64,000 nucleotides of DNA from Syntrophorhabdaceae bacterium (GTDB lineage Bacteria > Desulfobacterota > Syntrophorhabdia > Syntrophorhabdales > Syntrophorhabdaceae), in contig CAXXUO010000001.1 of NCBI GenBank assembly GCA_963666485.2, positions 672,001 through 736,000 of the forward strand, read 5' to 3'. Every line of letters begins with the position of its first letter. Positions within the stretch are counted from its first letter, which is position 1. Positions 27,427 through 36,067 of the stretch are shown here, in pieces. Position numbers and translations under genes: made by a program. The notes beneath the pieces were generated by a model that was not told the DNA's origin, did no database searches, and saw nothing but the letters and a program-made list of their open reading frames with translations.

Positions 27427-29337
27427 ATGGAAAGCATACTGCTCAACCGGATATACGGGAAAATAAGGCCGCACCTCGCCGGTCCCGATGATCCATACCT
27501 CGTGGCATCTATCGGGGAACAAAAACTGTACGTGTGTGCCGGGAAGACGGTGACCGGGGTCTACGCGGCGTCAACGTCGCGACTCGGGGTGGGCATCAGG
27601 GAAGATTCACTGAAGACGCCGCCGGGAGTCCACCGGGTATGCGAGAAGATAGGCGCCGATGCGCCCGAGGGCCGTATTTTCAGGGACCGCGAGGACACCG
27701 GGGTAGACTGGGACCACACGTCGGACGAAGAGAACATCATACTGACCCGCATCCTTCGTCTTGAAGGGCTTGAACCGGGCATAAACCGCGGACCTGGTGT
27801 CGATACGTACGAGCGGTATGTCTACATACACGGAACGAACCGGGAGAACGATGTCGGCACGCCGTTTTCCAACGGATGCATATGCCTTCGCAACGCGGAC
27901 ATTGTCTCGTTGTTCGATCTCGTCCCGGAGGGCACGGTCCTTTACATAGACCCTCCGCCCCTCGTGATCAACGGATATCCCCTGAAGAACGTCCATTTTA
28001 CCGGCATCTTCGGGACCGGGATGAGCGCGCTTGCCCAGTACTTGAGGTTCTGCGGGATAGAGGTTTCCGGGTCCGACCGTCTTCTCGCGAGCCCCGATAC
28101 ACAGGAAATGATGGAAAGCCTGAAGCTCCTCGGCTGCGTGATCGCTCACCAGGACGGGTCCGGGGTGACGGAGGGCACGGATGCCCTGTGCATATCGACG
28201 GCGATCGAGGAAACAAACCCCGACATCGCCGCCGCACGCAGCCGCGGTATCCCGATAATTCACCGCTCGGACCTTCTCGCGGGCATAATAGCATCGAAGA
28301 GGACCGTTGCCGTCGCGGGAACGAGCGGGAAATCGACGGTCACCGCCATGATATTCGAATGCCTCGATGCCTGCGGCATGTCCCCGTCGCTCATCAGCGG
28401 GGCGCCCCTCATCAGGCTCGAGGCGGGAGGCCTTATCGGGAACGCCTATTCGGGAGGGTCTGACCTGCTTGTTGTCGAGGCCGATGAAAGCGACGGGACC
28501 CTTGCGAAATACTCGCCGGACATATCGGTGATACTCAACGTCTCGAAGGACCACAAGACGATAGAGGAGATCACCTCCCTTTTCGCCGGCCTTATCGAAC
28601 GGTCGTCGTGGACAGCAACGAACAATGACGACCCGATACTCGCGAACCTTCCGGCAACTGTCCGTTTCGGCAGGAACAGGGCCGCGGCATGGCACCCCGA
28701 CCGGGAAGACCTCCATCCTTTATCGGTGAGCCTCACGCGCTGCGGCATCGAATACCGCCTGCCCGTTCCCGGGGAACATAGCCTCGAGAACCTCAAGGCG
28801 GCCCTGTGCGTGTGCGAGCACCTCGGGTGCGGCGGCGACGCCCTTGCGCGCGCTGTCGGGAATTTCGCCGGGGTCGCGCGCAGGTTCACGATAGTTCACA
28901 CGAAAAGCGGCGTAACAGTTATCGACGACTTCGCCCACAACCCGGCCAAGATCGCGGCCGCCATTACCGCGGCGCACGGCACAGCAGACCGGCTCATCGC
29001 CGCCTATCAGCCCCACGGTTTCGGTCCGACACGGTTTCTCAAGGACGAATACATCGCGTCGTTTCAGAAAATATTCCGCCCCGGCGATGAACTCTACCTT
29101 CTGCCCATTTACTACGCTGGCGGCACCGCGCAAAAAGACATATCCTCTCAGGACATCATCGATGGACTCGGAAAAGTCCCATTCCACGCCGAAGCCGTCA
29201 AAGACCGGGATGAGCTCGTTGAAAAAATAAGTTCGAGCGCCCGGCCCGGCGACTGCGTCATCGTCATGGGCGCCCGCGATCCGTCACTACCGGCCCTCGT
29301 CAGGAAAATAGTTGATATTTTCGGTGGGGAAGAATAG
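27427..29337 (+). CDS. Fusion: YkuD-family L,D-peptidase domain plus MurC/Mpl-like Mur ligase
   Basis: N-terminal KTPPG..YVYIHGT..SNGCICL (YkuD His/Cys); then VHFTGIFGTGMSALA, GTSGKST, EADESDG, DDFAHNP, YQPHG; one uninterrupted ORF. Confidence 0.9.
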   Translation: MESILLNRIYGKIRPHLAGPDDPYLVASIGEQKLYVCAGKTVTGVYAASTSRLGVGIREDSLKTPPGVHRVCEKIGADAPEGRIFRDREDTGVDWDHTSDEENIILTRILRLEGLEPGINRGPGVDTYERYVYIHGTNRENDVGTPFSNGCICLRNADIVSLFDLVPEGTVLYIDPPPLVINGYPLKNVHFTGIFGTGMSALAQYLRFCGIEVSGSDRLLASPDTQEMMESLKLLGCVIAHQDGSGVTEGTDALCISTAIEETNPDIAAARSRGIPIIHRSDLLAGIIASKRTVAVAGTSGKSTVTAMIFECLDACGMSPSLISGAPLIRLEAGGLIGNAYSGGSDLLVVEADESDGTLAKYSPDISVILNVSKDHKTIEEITSLFAGLIERSSWTATNNDDPILANLPATVRFGRNRAAAWHPDREDLHPLSVSLTRCGIEYRLPVPGEHSLENLKAALCVCEHLGCGGDALARAVGNFAGVARRFTIVHTKSGVTVIDDFAHNPAKIAAAITAAHGTADRLIAAYQPHGFGPTRFLKDEYIASFQKIFRPGDELYLLPIYYAGGTAQKDISSQDIIDGLGKVPFHAEAVKDRDELVEKISSSARPGDCVIVMGARDPSLPALVRKIVDIFGGEE

Positions 29338-29398
29338 TTCAAAGCGGTGCCATAGGACTTCTTTTAACTTTGAACCTTGAACTTTGAACCTTGAACCG
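29337..29398. repeat. TTGAAC(C/T) heptamer array with a single inverted unit
   Basis: GTTCAAAG at 29337 and four (T/C)TTGAAC units at 29366-29398, between convergent stop codons. Confidence 0.8.
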
Positions 29399-29401
29399 TC
29401 T

Positions 29402-30619
29402 TTATTGCCTGTACTCTTTCAGAAAATCCGCCATCCTCTCCGCCACGGACTTGATCTCCTCGACGGTCGGCAGGAAGACGACGCGGAAGTGGTCGGGGTG
29501 AGGCCAGTTGAAACCGGACCCCTGCACCATCAGGACCTTTTTCTCCCTCAGGAAATCAAGAAGGAATTTTTGATCGTCATGAATGTTGTACATCTTCGTA
29601 TCGATCTTCGGAAACAGGTAGAGGGTACCCATCGGTTTCACGCTCGTGATGCCGGGTATCGCGGTAAAACCTTCATAAGCCGCCTTTCTCTGTTCATAGA
29701 GACGCCCGCCTGGGTTGATCATCTGCCGTAAGCTCTGGTATCCACCGAGTGCCGTCTGGATGGCGAGCTGGCCGGGCATGTTCCCGCACAGCCTCATGTT
29801 CGACAATATGTCGAGACCTTCCTCGATGTAGTCCTTCGCATGGCCCTTTTTCCCGCTGACGATCATCCACCCCGCGCGCATGCCGGGGATGCGGTGGGAC
29901 TTGGAAAGCCCGTTGAACGTCACGATAAAAAGCTCATTGGTCAACGAGGCGAAGGGGTAATGCTTTGCATCGTCGTAAAGGATCTGGTCGTATATCTCGT
30001 CGGCAAAAACGATGAGATCGTGCTCGACGGCCATCTTCATGATCTTCTCGAGGACCTCGAGCGGGTACACGGCGCCGGTCGGGTTGTTCGGGTTGATGAG
30101 CACTATGCCCCGCGTCCGGCGCGAGATCTTCGATTCCATGTCCTTGACGTCCGGGACCCAGTCCGATTCCTCGTCACAGATATAATGGACCGCCTTGCCG
30201 CCCGAGAGCGTCACCGCCGCCGTCCACAGGGGATAGTCCGGTGTCGGCACGAGCATTTCGTCCCCGTTGTTCAAAAGCCCCTGCATGGCCATGACGATCA
30301 TCTCGGACACGCCGTTGCCAATGTAGATGTCCTCGATCTCGACGCCCTCGATGCCCTTCAGCTGGCATTGCTGCATAATTGCCTTCCGGGCCGCGAAAAG
30401 CCCTTTCGAATCGCCGTACGCCTGCGCCGACCGTATGTTAAGCACTATATCGTGGATTATCTCATCCGGCGCATTGAGGCCGAAAATGGGAGGATTGCCG
30501 CTGTTGAGCTTTATTATGGTATATCCCTCGTCTTCGAGCCGCTTCGCTTCCTTGAGGAGCGGCCCGCGGATCTCGTAGCAGATATTCTCCATTTTGTTCG
30601 ACTTCATTATCTTACGCAT
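29402..30619 (-). CDS. alaA: PLP-dependent aminotransferase class I (AlaA/YfbQ type)
   Basis: YEIRGP, YGDSKGLFAARKAI, IGNGVSEMI, PDYPLWTAA, INPNNPTGAVY, FNGLSK, DHFRVVFLP. Confidence 0.9.
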   Translation of the reverse strand: MRKIMKSNKMENICYEIRGPLLKEAKRLEDEGYTIIKLNSGNPPIFGLNAPDEIIHDIVLNIRSAQAYGDSKGLFAARKAIMQQCQLKGIEGVEIEDIYIGNGVSEMIVMAMQGLLNNGDEMLVPTPDYPLWTAAVTLSGGKAVHYICDEESDWVPDVKDMESKISRRTRGIVLINPNNPTGAVYPLEVLEKIMKMAVEHDLIVFADEIYDQILYDDAKHYPFASLTNELFIVTFNGLSKSHRIPGMRAGWMIVSGKKGHAKDYIEEGLDILSNMRLCGNMPGQLAIQTALGGYQSLRQMINPGGRLYEQRKAAYEGFTAIPGITSVKPMGTLYLFPKIDTKMYNIHDDQKFLLDFLREKKVLMVQGSGFNWPHPDHFRVVFLPTVEEIKSVAERMADFLKEYRQ

Positions 30620-30698
30620 ATGTCTATCTTTTCCCATCATTTCTTTTCGGCGCTCAAGCCGTTCATAATTATCGGGAAAACTGACGAAATTGTCAATT

Positions 30699-30834
30699 GT
30701 TCCACGTTCCAGGTTCCACGTTCCACGAAAAAACCTTAAAAAAACACCTTAAAAAATCGTATAGCGCGTTTCGCAACAATAAGATTATTTCAGGCTTCTT
30801 TCTCGTGGAACGTGGAACGTGGAACGTGGAACCG
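30699..30834. repeat. Inverted heptamer-array element (TTCCACG / CGTGGAA)
   Basis: Four units at 30699-30727, AT-rich spacer, four inverted units at 30804-30831. Confidence 0.95.
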
Positions 30835-30843
30835 TTTTTTTAT

Positions 30844-31149
30844 CTATTTCGCCTGCCCGTACGTTCCTTTATGGTTGATCATGGGATAGGAAACTTTGGG
30901 GGAATGGGAGGCGCGGTCTTTCATCTTTTCCCGATCAGCCGCGGTAGTGCCGGAGTCATTCTTCTGCGATGCCTTGTTGCTCCTCGCTATATAGTCCTGG
31001 TACCCGGGGTCTGCCGCCGTCCCCGCATACTTATAGTACTCCTTGGGTGTGGTTTTCACAGTTTCAGCCGCGTAACAGAAACCGGTGGAGACGAGGGTTG
31101 CCAGAAGAACTGCTGCGCTCAGGATCCTTTTCATTGTTGTGTCCTCCAT
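30844..31149 (-). CDS. Small secreted hypothetical protein (true start may be the MKRILS ATG)
   Basis: Signal peptide MKRILSAAVLLATLV..CYA. Confidence 0.7.
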   Translation of the reverse strand: MEDTTMKRILSAAVLLATLVSTGFCYAAETVKTTPKEYYKYAGTAADPGYQDYIARSNKASQKNDSGTTAADREKMKDRASHSPKVSYPMINHKGTYGQAK

Positions 31150-31198
31150 GTTTTTTCTTAGTAGGACAAGCGATAAAAGAAAAAGTTCCCTGAAAAAC

Positions 31199-32066
31199 CG
31201 TAGGGCGTGAGAGCGTAAGGCGTAAGGCGTTAAAAGACAAAGACACTGGATTCCGGCAAACCGGAATGACGGTGTTTTTGTTATTTCAGGTATCGGGAAG
31301 TATTGAGTCGGGTGCCATAGTCAACATTTGCGTTGACAACCAGTCTCCCGGTTAAGCTCGTTAAACTGTAAAGGCAAAGGGGACGAGGCAAAGGGGACGT
31401 CCTTAAGAAAGTAAGTAACTTAAGATTACCCGGTCCGGGGATAATAACGACAGGGCGGTCCGTTTAGTTGTTTGAGGAGTTTCTTACTTTCTTAAGGACG
31501 TCCCTCACATTTTTCCGGAAGGTTTGACAATGAATGAGTGGCAGTTGATATCCCTCTGCGATTGGAGTGTCTTACACTGAAACAATCTTAACCGGAAGAC
31601 CGTGACTCTTCATTTATGAGTCTGTAGGAGTAGGGGGACGAGGAGTAGGGGGACGTCCTTAAGAAAGTAAGTAACTTTATCCCTCGATCAATTTAAGCCT
31701 CTTGCCCAACTACCGGATAATCAATTCCGTGATAATTACCCTATGACCGACTCTAAATATTTTGACTTTTCTTACTTTCTTAAGGACGTCCCCCTCGATT
31801 TTCCTTTTCTTACTTTCTTAAGGACGTCCCCCTCGATTTTCATTACACCCGCCGTCATCCCGGGCTTGACCCGGGACCCAAGGTTTTGTTTTTTTGATTC
31901 TTTTCTCATTTGGTCGTTGCTAAAAGGAACAAAAGAAAAACCTTGGGTCCCGGCTCGGAGGCCGGGATGACGGAGAGAGCGAAGGGATGACGGGGTTGGA
32001 GGAATTGCGACACCGTCTCTTCGCGGGAAGACAACAGGGAAATCCCTTTACGCCTTACGCCTTACG
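31199..32066. repeat. Nested intergenic repeat cluster (heptamer arms, REP hairpins, RAYT-motif pairs)
   Basis: CGTAAGG arm at 31199-31230 and inverted arm at 32048-32066; REP at 31239, 31853, 31941; RAYT motif at 31393, 31483, 31649, 31771, 31809. Confidence 0.93.
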
Positions 32067-32070
32067 ATCT

Positions 32071-33417
32071 TTAAATGACCGTCTCTTCCCCCGTTCTCGA
32101 CTCGAATATCCGGTAGTCGTCGTGTACGCGGTCCTGGAGGTAGATGTGATCACCGTTTCTCTTTTTCTTCAGCGCGTCGTACTCGGCGAGGGCGCGCGAT
32201 ACGCAGTCCGGGCAGCAGGCGGCGGGTATCGCGATGCAGTCAACGGAGTAGTTACGGCCGCTCTTGTGCGCACAGCCGGATGATATGCGGCGGAATCCGC
32301 AGCAGGTAGGGCACATCCGCAAGTCAAGCCTCTGCTCTTCCTGCAGATATTCCGTATCGTAAAAGATGCTCCGCGACATGCCCCAGAATTCACGGCCCTC
32401 TTTCCGGTTCTTTTCTACCACCGCAGGCCCGCCGCGAAAGGCGGTTAGCTGGTGGTCGACGAGGGATTTGATATATGTCCAGTTTTTCGGGGATTCCTTG
32501 AACCGTGAGGGGTCATAGTCCGGCTCCTTGAGGTTCGAGAAATCTATTCCGGCCATGGCCATGATGATCCCCATGTTGACATAGGGCAACGCGGTCTCTA
32601 TGGAGTAGCCGCCTTCGAGCACGGCAATATCGGGCTTGAGCTTCTGGTTGAGGACCGCGTAGCCCTGCGCGGTGAAGCTCATGTTTGCGAGCGGGTCACT
32701 GTAATGGTTGTCCTGTCCGGCGGAGTTTATGATGATCTCCGGCTTGAACTCGTCAAGTATCGGCAGGACCAGGTTGTCTATTATGTAATGAATGCCCTCA
32801 TCCGTGGTCCTGGGCGCCATCGGTATGTTGATCGTCGTCCCGTACGCGAGCGGGCCTCCGAGCTCGTCGACAAATCCTGATCCCGGGTAGAGCGTCCGGC
32901 CGTCCTGGTGGAACGAAATGAAGAGAACGTCGGGATCGTGCCAGAATATCTCCTGCGTCCCGTCCCCGTGGTGCACGTCCGTGTCCACGATGGCGAGACG
33001 CTTGACGCCGTACGTGCGGCGCAGGTACTCGACCATGACCGCTTCGTTGTTTATGTCGCAAAACCCCCGGTTTCCGTGAACGACCGTCATGGCATGATGT
33101 CCCGGCGGACGAATGATGGCGAAGGCATTCTTGATCTCTTTTTTCATGTACGCATCGGCCATAACGAGGGCGCAGCCCGCCGACACCATGTGCGCGGTCG
33201 TGACGCGGCTTTCGATGTCGGGAACGCAGAAATGGATGCGCGACACGTCTTTGGGCGTCGCGAGCCGGGGATGGTACTCCGTTATTTCCGGCATGTCCAT
33301 GATGCCTTCCTCGAAAAGCTGGTCGCGCGTATAGAGGAGCCTCTCTTCCCTTTCGGGGTGCGTCGGACTAATGGCCCAGTCAAAGGCGGGGAAAAATATC
33401 AGACCTGTCGTTTTCAA
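32071..33417 (-). CDS. Histone deacetylase-family (Zn-dependent amidohydrolase) protein with Cys-rich C-terminus
   Basis: THPEREER, RPPGHHA, GFC, DTDVHHGDGTQ, YPGSG, SAGQD, LEGGY. Confidence 0.93.
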   Translation of the reverse strand: MKTTGLIFFPAFDWAISPTHPEREERLLYTRDQLFEEGIMDMPEITEYHPRLATPKDVSRIHFCVPDIESRVTTAHMVSAGCALVMADAYMKKEIKNAFAIIRPPGHHAMTVVHGNRGFCDINNEAVMVEYLRRTYGVKRLAIVDTDVHHGDGTQEIFWHDPDVLFISFHQDGRTLYPGSGFVDELGGPLAYGTTINIPMAPRTTDEGIHYIIDNLVLPILDEFKPEIIINSAGQDNHYSDPLANMSFTAQGYAVLNQKLKPDIAVLEGGYSIETALPYVNMGIIMAMAGIDFSNLKEPDYDPSRFKESPKNWTYIKSLVDHQLTAFRGGPAVVEKNRKEGREFWGMSRSIFYDTEYLQEEQRLDLRMCPTCCGFRRISSGCAHKSGRNYSVDCIAIPAACCPDCVSRALAEYDALKKKRNGDHIYLQDRVHDDYRIFESRTGEETVI

Positions 33418-35102
33418 TTCTCCACCCCCTTGAATTCATGGATAAACCCGGGAGATATCTGGATCCCTACATCAAACAGCTTCCCTTCCTGCTCCCAGCC
33501 CCGGATCACGTTGAACTGCTCCTCGCTGTATATCTGGGCATCGTCTGCGTAATCGCTGAGGCCGCGGTCTTCGCATACCTGTTTAAGACAGCCGAGCGCC
33601 AACTCCCTGGCATCCTTGAGCTGGTAGTTGCGCTTGTTCACCTTTCCGCTTAAGCCCCCCGGCGAACCAGAATATGTTTCCCGCCCCGTATCGATATGGA
33701 CCTCGACGGCAAGCGTCGGCCGCGCAACCGCTGCGCCGAGGGCATTGGCCACGGGCGACAGGCGGTGGAGAAAATGCGGGACCTTCATGCGTTCGGCAAG
33801 CATCGGCACGATGGCCGGTGCGGCCGCGCCGATCCCGATCACCTGGTGCAGGTGGAACTCCCTTTTATGAACGACCTCCCACACCTTGTACGCCGGTTCG
33901 TCCTCCCACTGTCTGAACATGTCCTCGATGCTCTGTTCAAGCCTCCGGGCGACCTCATCGGCGACGGTGCGGCAAAGTGTATCGATCGGCATTTTCAAAG
34001 CATCGGCCACGGGGCTTAACGCCGCGTGCGAGGCTTGCGGATTCCCGAGGCCCAGGCTGCTTATGATATTGAAGGCATCGGTCACTGTCGGGGCCTCGCC
34101 GCCAAGACAGGCTGCGGGGCCGAGCCTCATCGGGCCTATTTCGAGTTGTCCATCCTTCACATGCACCGTGCTGTCCCCGCCGAGAGGTATGGAGCTTACG
34201 GCGAACGAGTTGACATGTGTCAGGTGCCCGGCGATAAGCGCCCCGCGCGAGGCATAAAGCGGCTGCCCCTCGATAAGAAGGCTTATGTCGGATGTTGTCC
34301 CGCCGATGTCTATCGAAACGGCGTTGAGCTCTTCACGGCTCAATGCCAGTGTTCCCATCGTGCTTGCCGCGGGGCCGGAAAAAACGGTTTCGCAGGGACG
34401 CTTGCGGCTTGCCGCGAGCGTCGTCGTCCCGCCGTCCGCCTTCAATATGTGAAGCTCGCAATGCGGCACGCGCGCCATGATCGCGGCCTCCATATCGTCT
34501 GCAAAGAGGTTCCACTGGCGGATGGTCATCGCCGTGTAATAACACGTCACGGCGCGCCGGGGAAAATTGAGCCGTCCCGAGATCTCGTTGCTCGTGCAGA
34601 CGTCCATGTGGGGATAGAGGGATTCGGCCATGTTTTTCAGGGCCTTCTCGTGTGCGTCGTTGCGGTTCGAGAACTTTCCCGCGATCGCGACCCGTTCGAT
34701 CCCGGACGCGTGGATCTTTTTTAACGCGTCCTCCATTTCTTTGGGATCGGGCGCCTCTATCTGCCTGCCCCTGAAATCGATCCAACCCTTGAGAAAGTAC
34801 GTGTCAGGACTGATGTCATATGCCGATTCGGGCAGGCCTTTCCCCGGCAGGAGAATGAGGGCTGTTCGCTCCCCCCTCCCGGTGGCGAGCAGGTTCGTCA
34901 CGAGGGTCGTGCTGAGCACTATTCTCCTGATATCCTTTGCCTGCCTGTGTGCAAGGAGGTCGTCGAGAATGAGAAGCAAGGTCGCTTCGAGATCATCCTC
35001 GTCCGTCCTGTGCTTCACGCTGTGCACGACCGATCCTTCACTGAAGAGGACCCCGTCTGTATATGTCCCGCCAACGTCTATTCCGATCAACGCGTCATTC
35101 AT
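33414..35102 (-). CDS. Hydantoinase/oxoprolinase (subunit A-like) family protein
   Basis: IGIDVGGTYTD, STTLVTN, FSGPAAS, DIGGTTSD, PTVTDA, ANALGAA. Confidence 0.9.
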   Translation of the reverse strand: MNDALIGIDVGGTYTDGVLFSEGSVVHSVKHRTDEDDLEATLLLILDDLLAHRQAKDIRRIVLSTTLVTNLLATGRGERTALILLPGKGLPESAYDISPDTYFLKGWIDFRGRQIEAPDPKEMEDALKKIHASGIERVAIAGKFSNRNDAHEKALKNMAESLYPHMDVCTSNEISGRLNFPRRAVTCYYTAMTIRQWNLFADDMEAAIMARVPHCELHILKADGGTTTLAASRKRPCETVFSGPAASTMGTLALSREELNAVSIDIGGTTSDISLLIEGQPLYASRGALIAGHLTHVNSFAVSSIPLGGDSTVHVKDGQLEIGPMRLGPAACLGGEAPTVTDAFNIISSLGLGNPQASHAALSPVADALKMPIDTLCRTVADEVARRLEQSIEDMFRQWEDEPAYKVWEVVHKREFHLHQVIGIGAAAPAIVPMLAERMKVPHFLHRLSPVANALGAAVARPTLAVEVHIDTGRETYSGSPGGLSGKVNKRNYQLKDARELALGCLKQVCEDRGLSDYADDAQIYSEEQFNVIRGWEQEGKLFDVGIQISPGFIHEFKGVEN

Positions 35103-35121
35103 GGATTCCACCCGTCCTCGC

Positions 35122-36036
35122 TCATTCGAACTCTTCGTATTCTTCCGTCGAATAGAAGAGGTGCATATCTTTTATCATTTTTTCATCGATACTATCACTC
35201 AATATTAGCTCCTCGGCCCGCCTCCTGAATGATATCGCGTTCTTTTCGAGGTCTTTGAGCCTTTGGGGAAGCCCGTGTTCGTCGAGTATCGACTTCACGG
35301 CCCCGAACAGGTCTTCGCTTCCCCCGAGGAGCCGCCCTTCGTCAAGGATCTTGATCGCGACCATGCTCGGAAAGGTGTCGAAAGCGCACTGCTCCCTTAT
35401 CCTTCCCATCTTCTTGATCTTGTAATCGACCTCTTCGTTGATCCCGGGATCTTTCAGCATCCTGTACTTCCTGGCATAGACTATAGCGTCGAGCCTCTCT
35501 ATTTCATTGTCCGGAAAATCATCCGGCACGACGATAACGAGATCGATGTCCGAGCCCCTGACGAGCTTTCCCGTGCTGTGCTCGGGCCTCGGCACGTCGT
35601 GGGCCATGTTGTAGACGATGTCGCCCGCGATGATGAAACAGAGTGCGTCGTCGAAGCGATGCCCGGGGTCAAACTCCCCGATGATCTCCCCGGCCATCTG
35701 ACGGGAAAGGTCAAACTTTCGCCTGCTTATATCATGGATGCGATCAAGGAGCGTGCGGCACTTCTCATCCGCGGCAGCCTCTGCGCCCTGTGCAAACACA
35801 ACCGAATAGGTGAGGAATTCCCGTAGGATCGAAGGGGAAAGGCGGGCATATCCGTCGACGTGGCGATCGAGCCTCATATACCGTGAGCCGACCGGCCGGA
35901 CATGAAGCCCGGAGGACATAAGGCACGTTTTCCAGATGTCAAGCGGGTCGGCGTCTGTCTCCCGTACGATCTCGGACCCCATCGACGGTCCGCGGGCACG
36001 CACGAAGCCGACTATTTCATTTTCGATACCGGGCAT
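35122..36036 (-). CDS. Hypothetical protein with Pol-beta-like nucleotidyltransferase motifs
   Basis: FIIAGDIVY ... GSDIDLVIV ... EEVDY resembles hG[S/D]..DxD..D; lies directly downstream of glmM. Confidence 0.7.
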   Translation of the reverse strand: MPGIENEIVGFVRARGPSMGSEIVRETDADPLDIWKTCLMSSGLHVRPVGSRYMRLDRHVDGYARLSPSILREFLTYSVVFAQGAEAAADEKCRTLLDRIHDISRRKFDLSRQMAGEIIGEFDPGHRFDDALCFIIAGDIVYNMAHDVPRPEHSTGKLVRGSDIDLVIVVPDDFPDNEIERLDAIVYARKYRMLKDPGINEEVDYKIKKMGRIREQCAFDTFPSMVAIKILDEGRLLGGSEDLFGAVKSILDEHGLPQRLKDLEKNAISFRRRAEELILSDSIDEKMIKDMHLFYSTEEYEEFE

Positions 36037-36067
36037 TCTTCTTTGGTATTCCCCAGCCTGTTTGCTT

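Noticed and set aside
31393..31831. 23-bp repeats with unique spacers as a CRISPR array
   Set aside because: Repeats alternate in orientation, spacers are irregular (15-144 bp), and the motif flanks a RAYT gene rather than cas genes.
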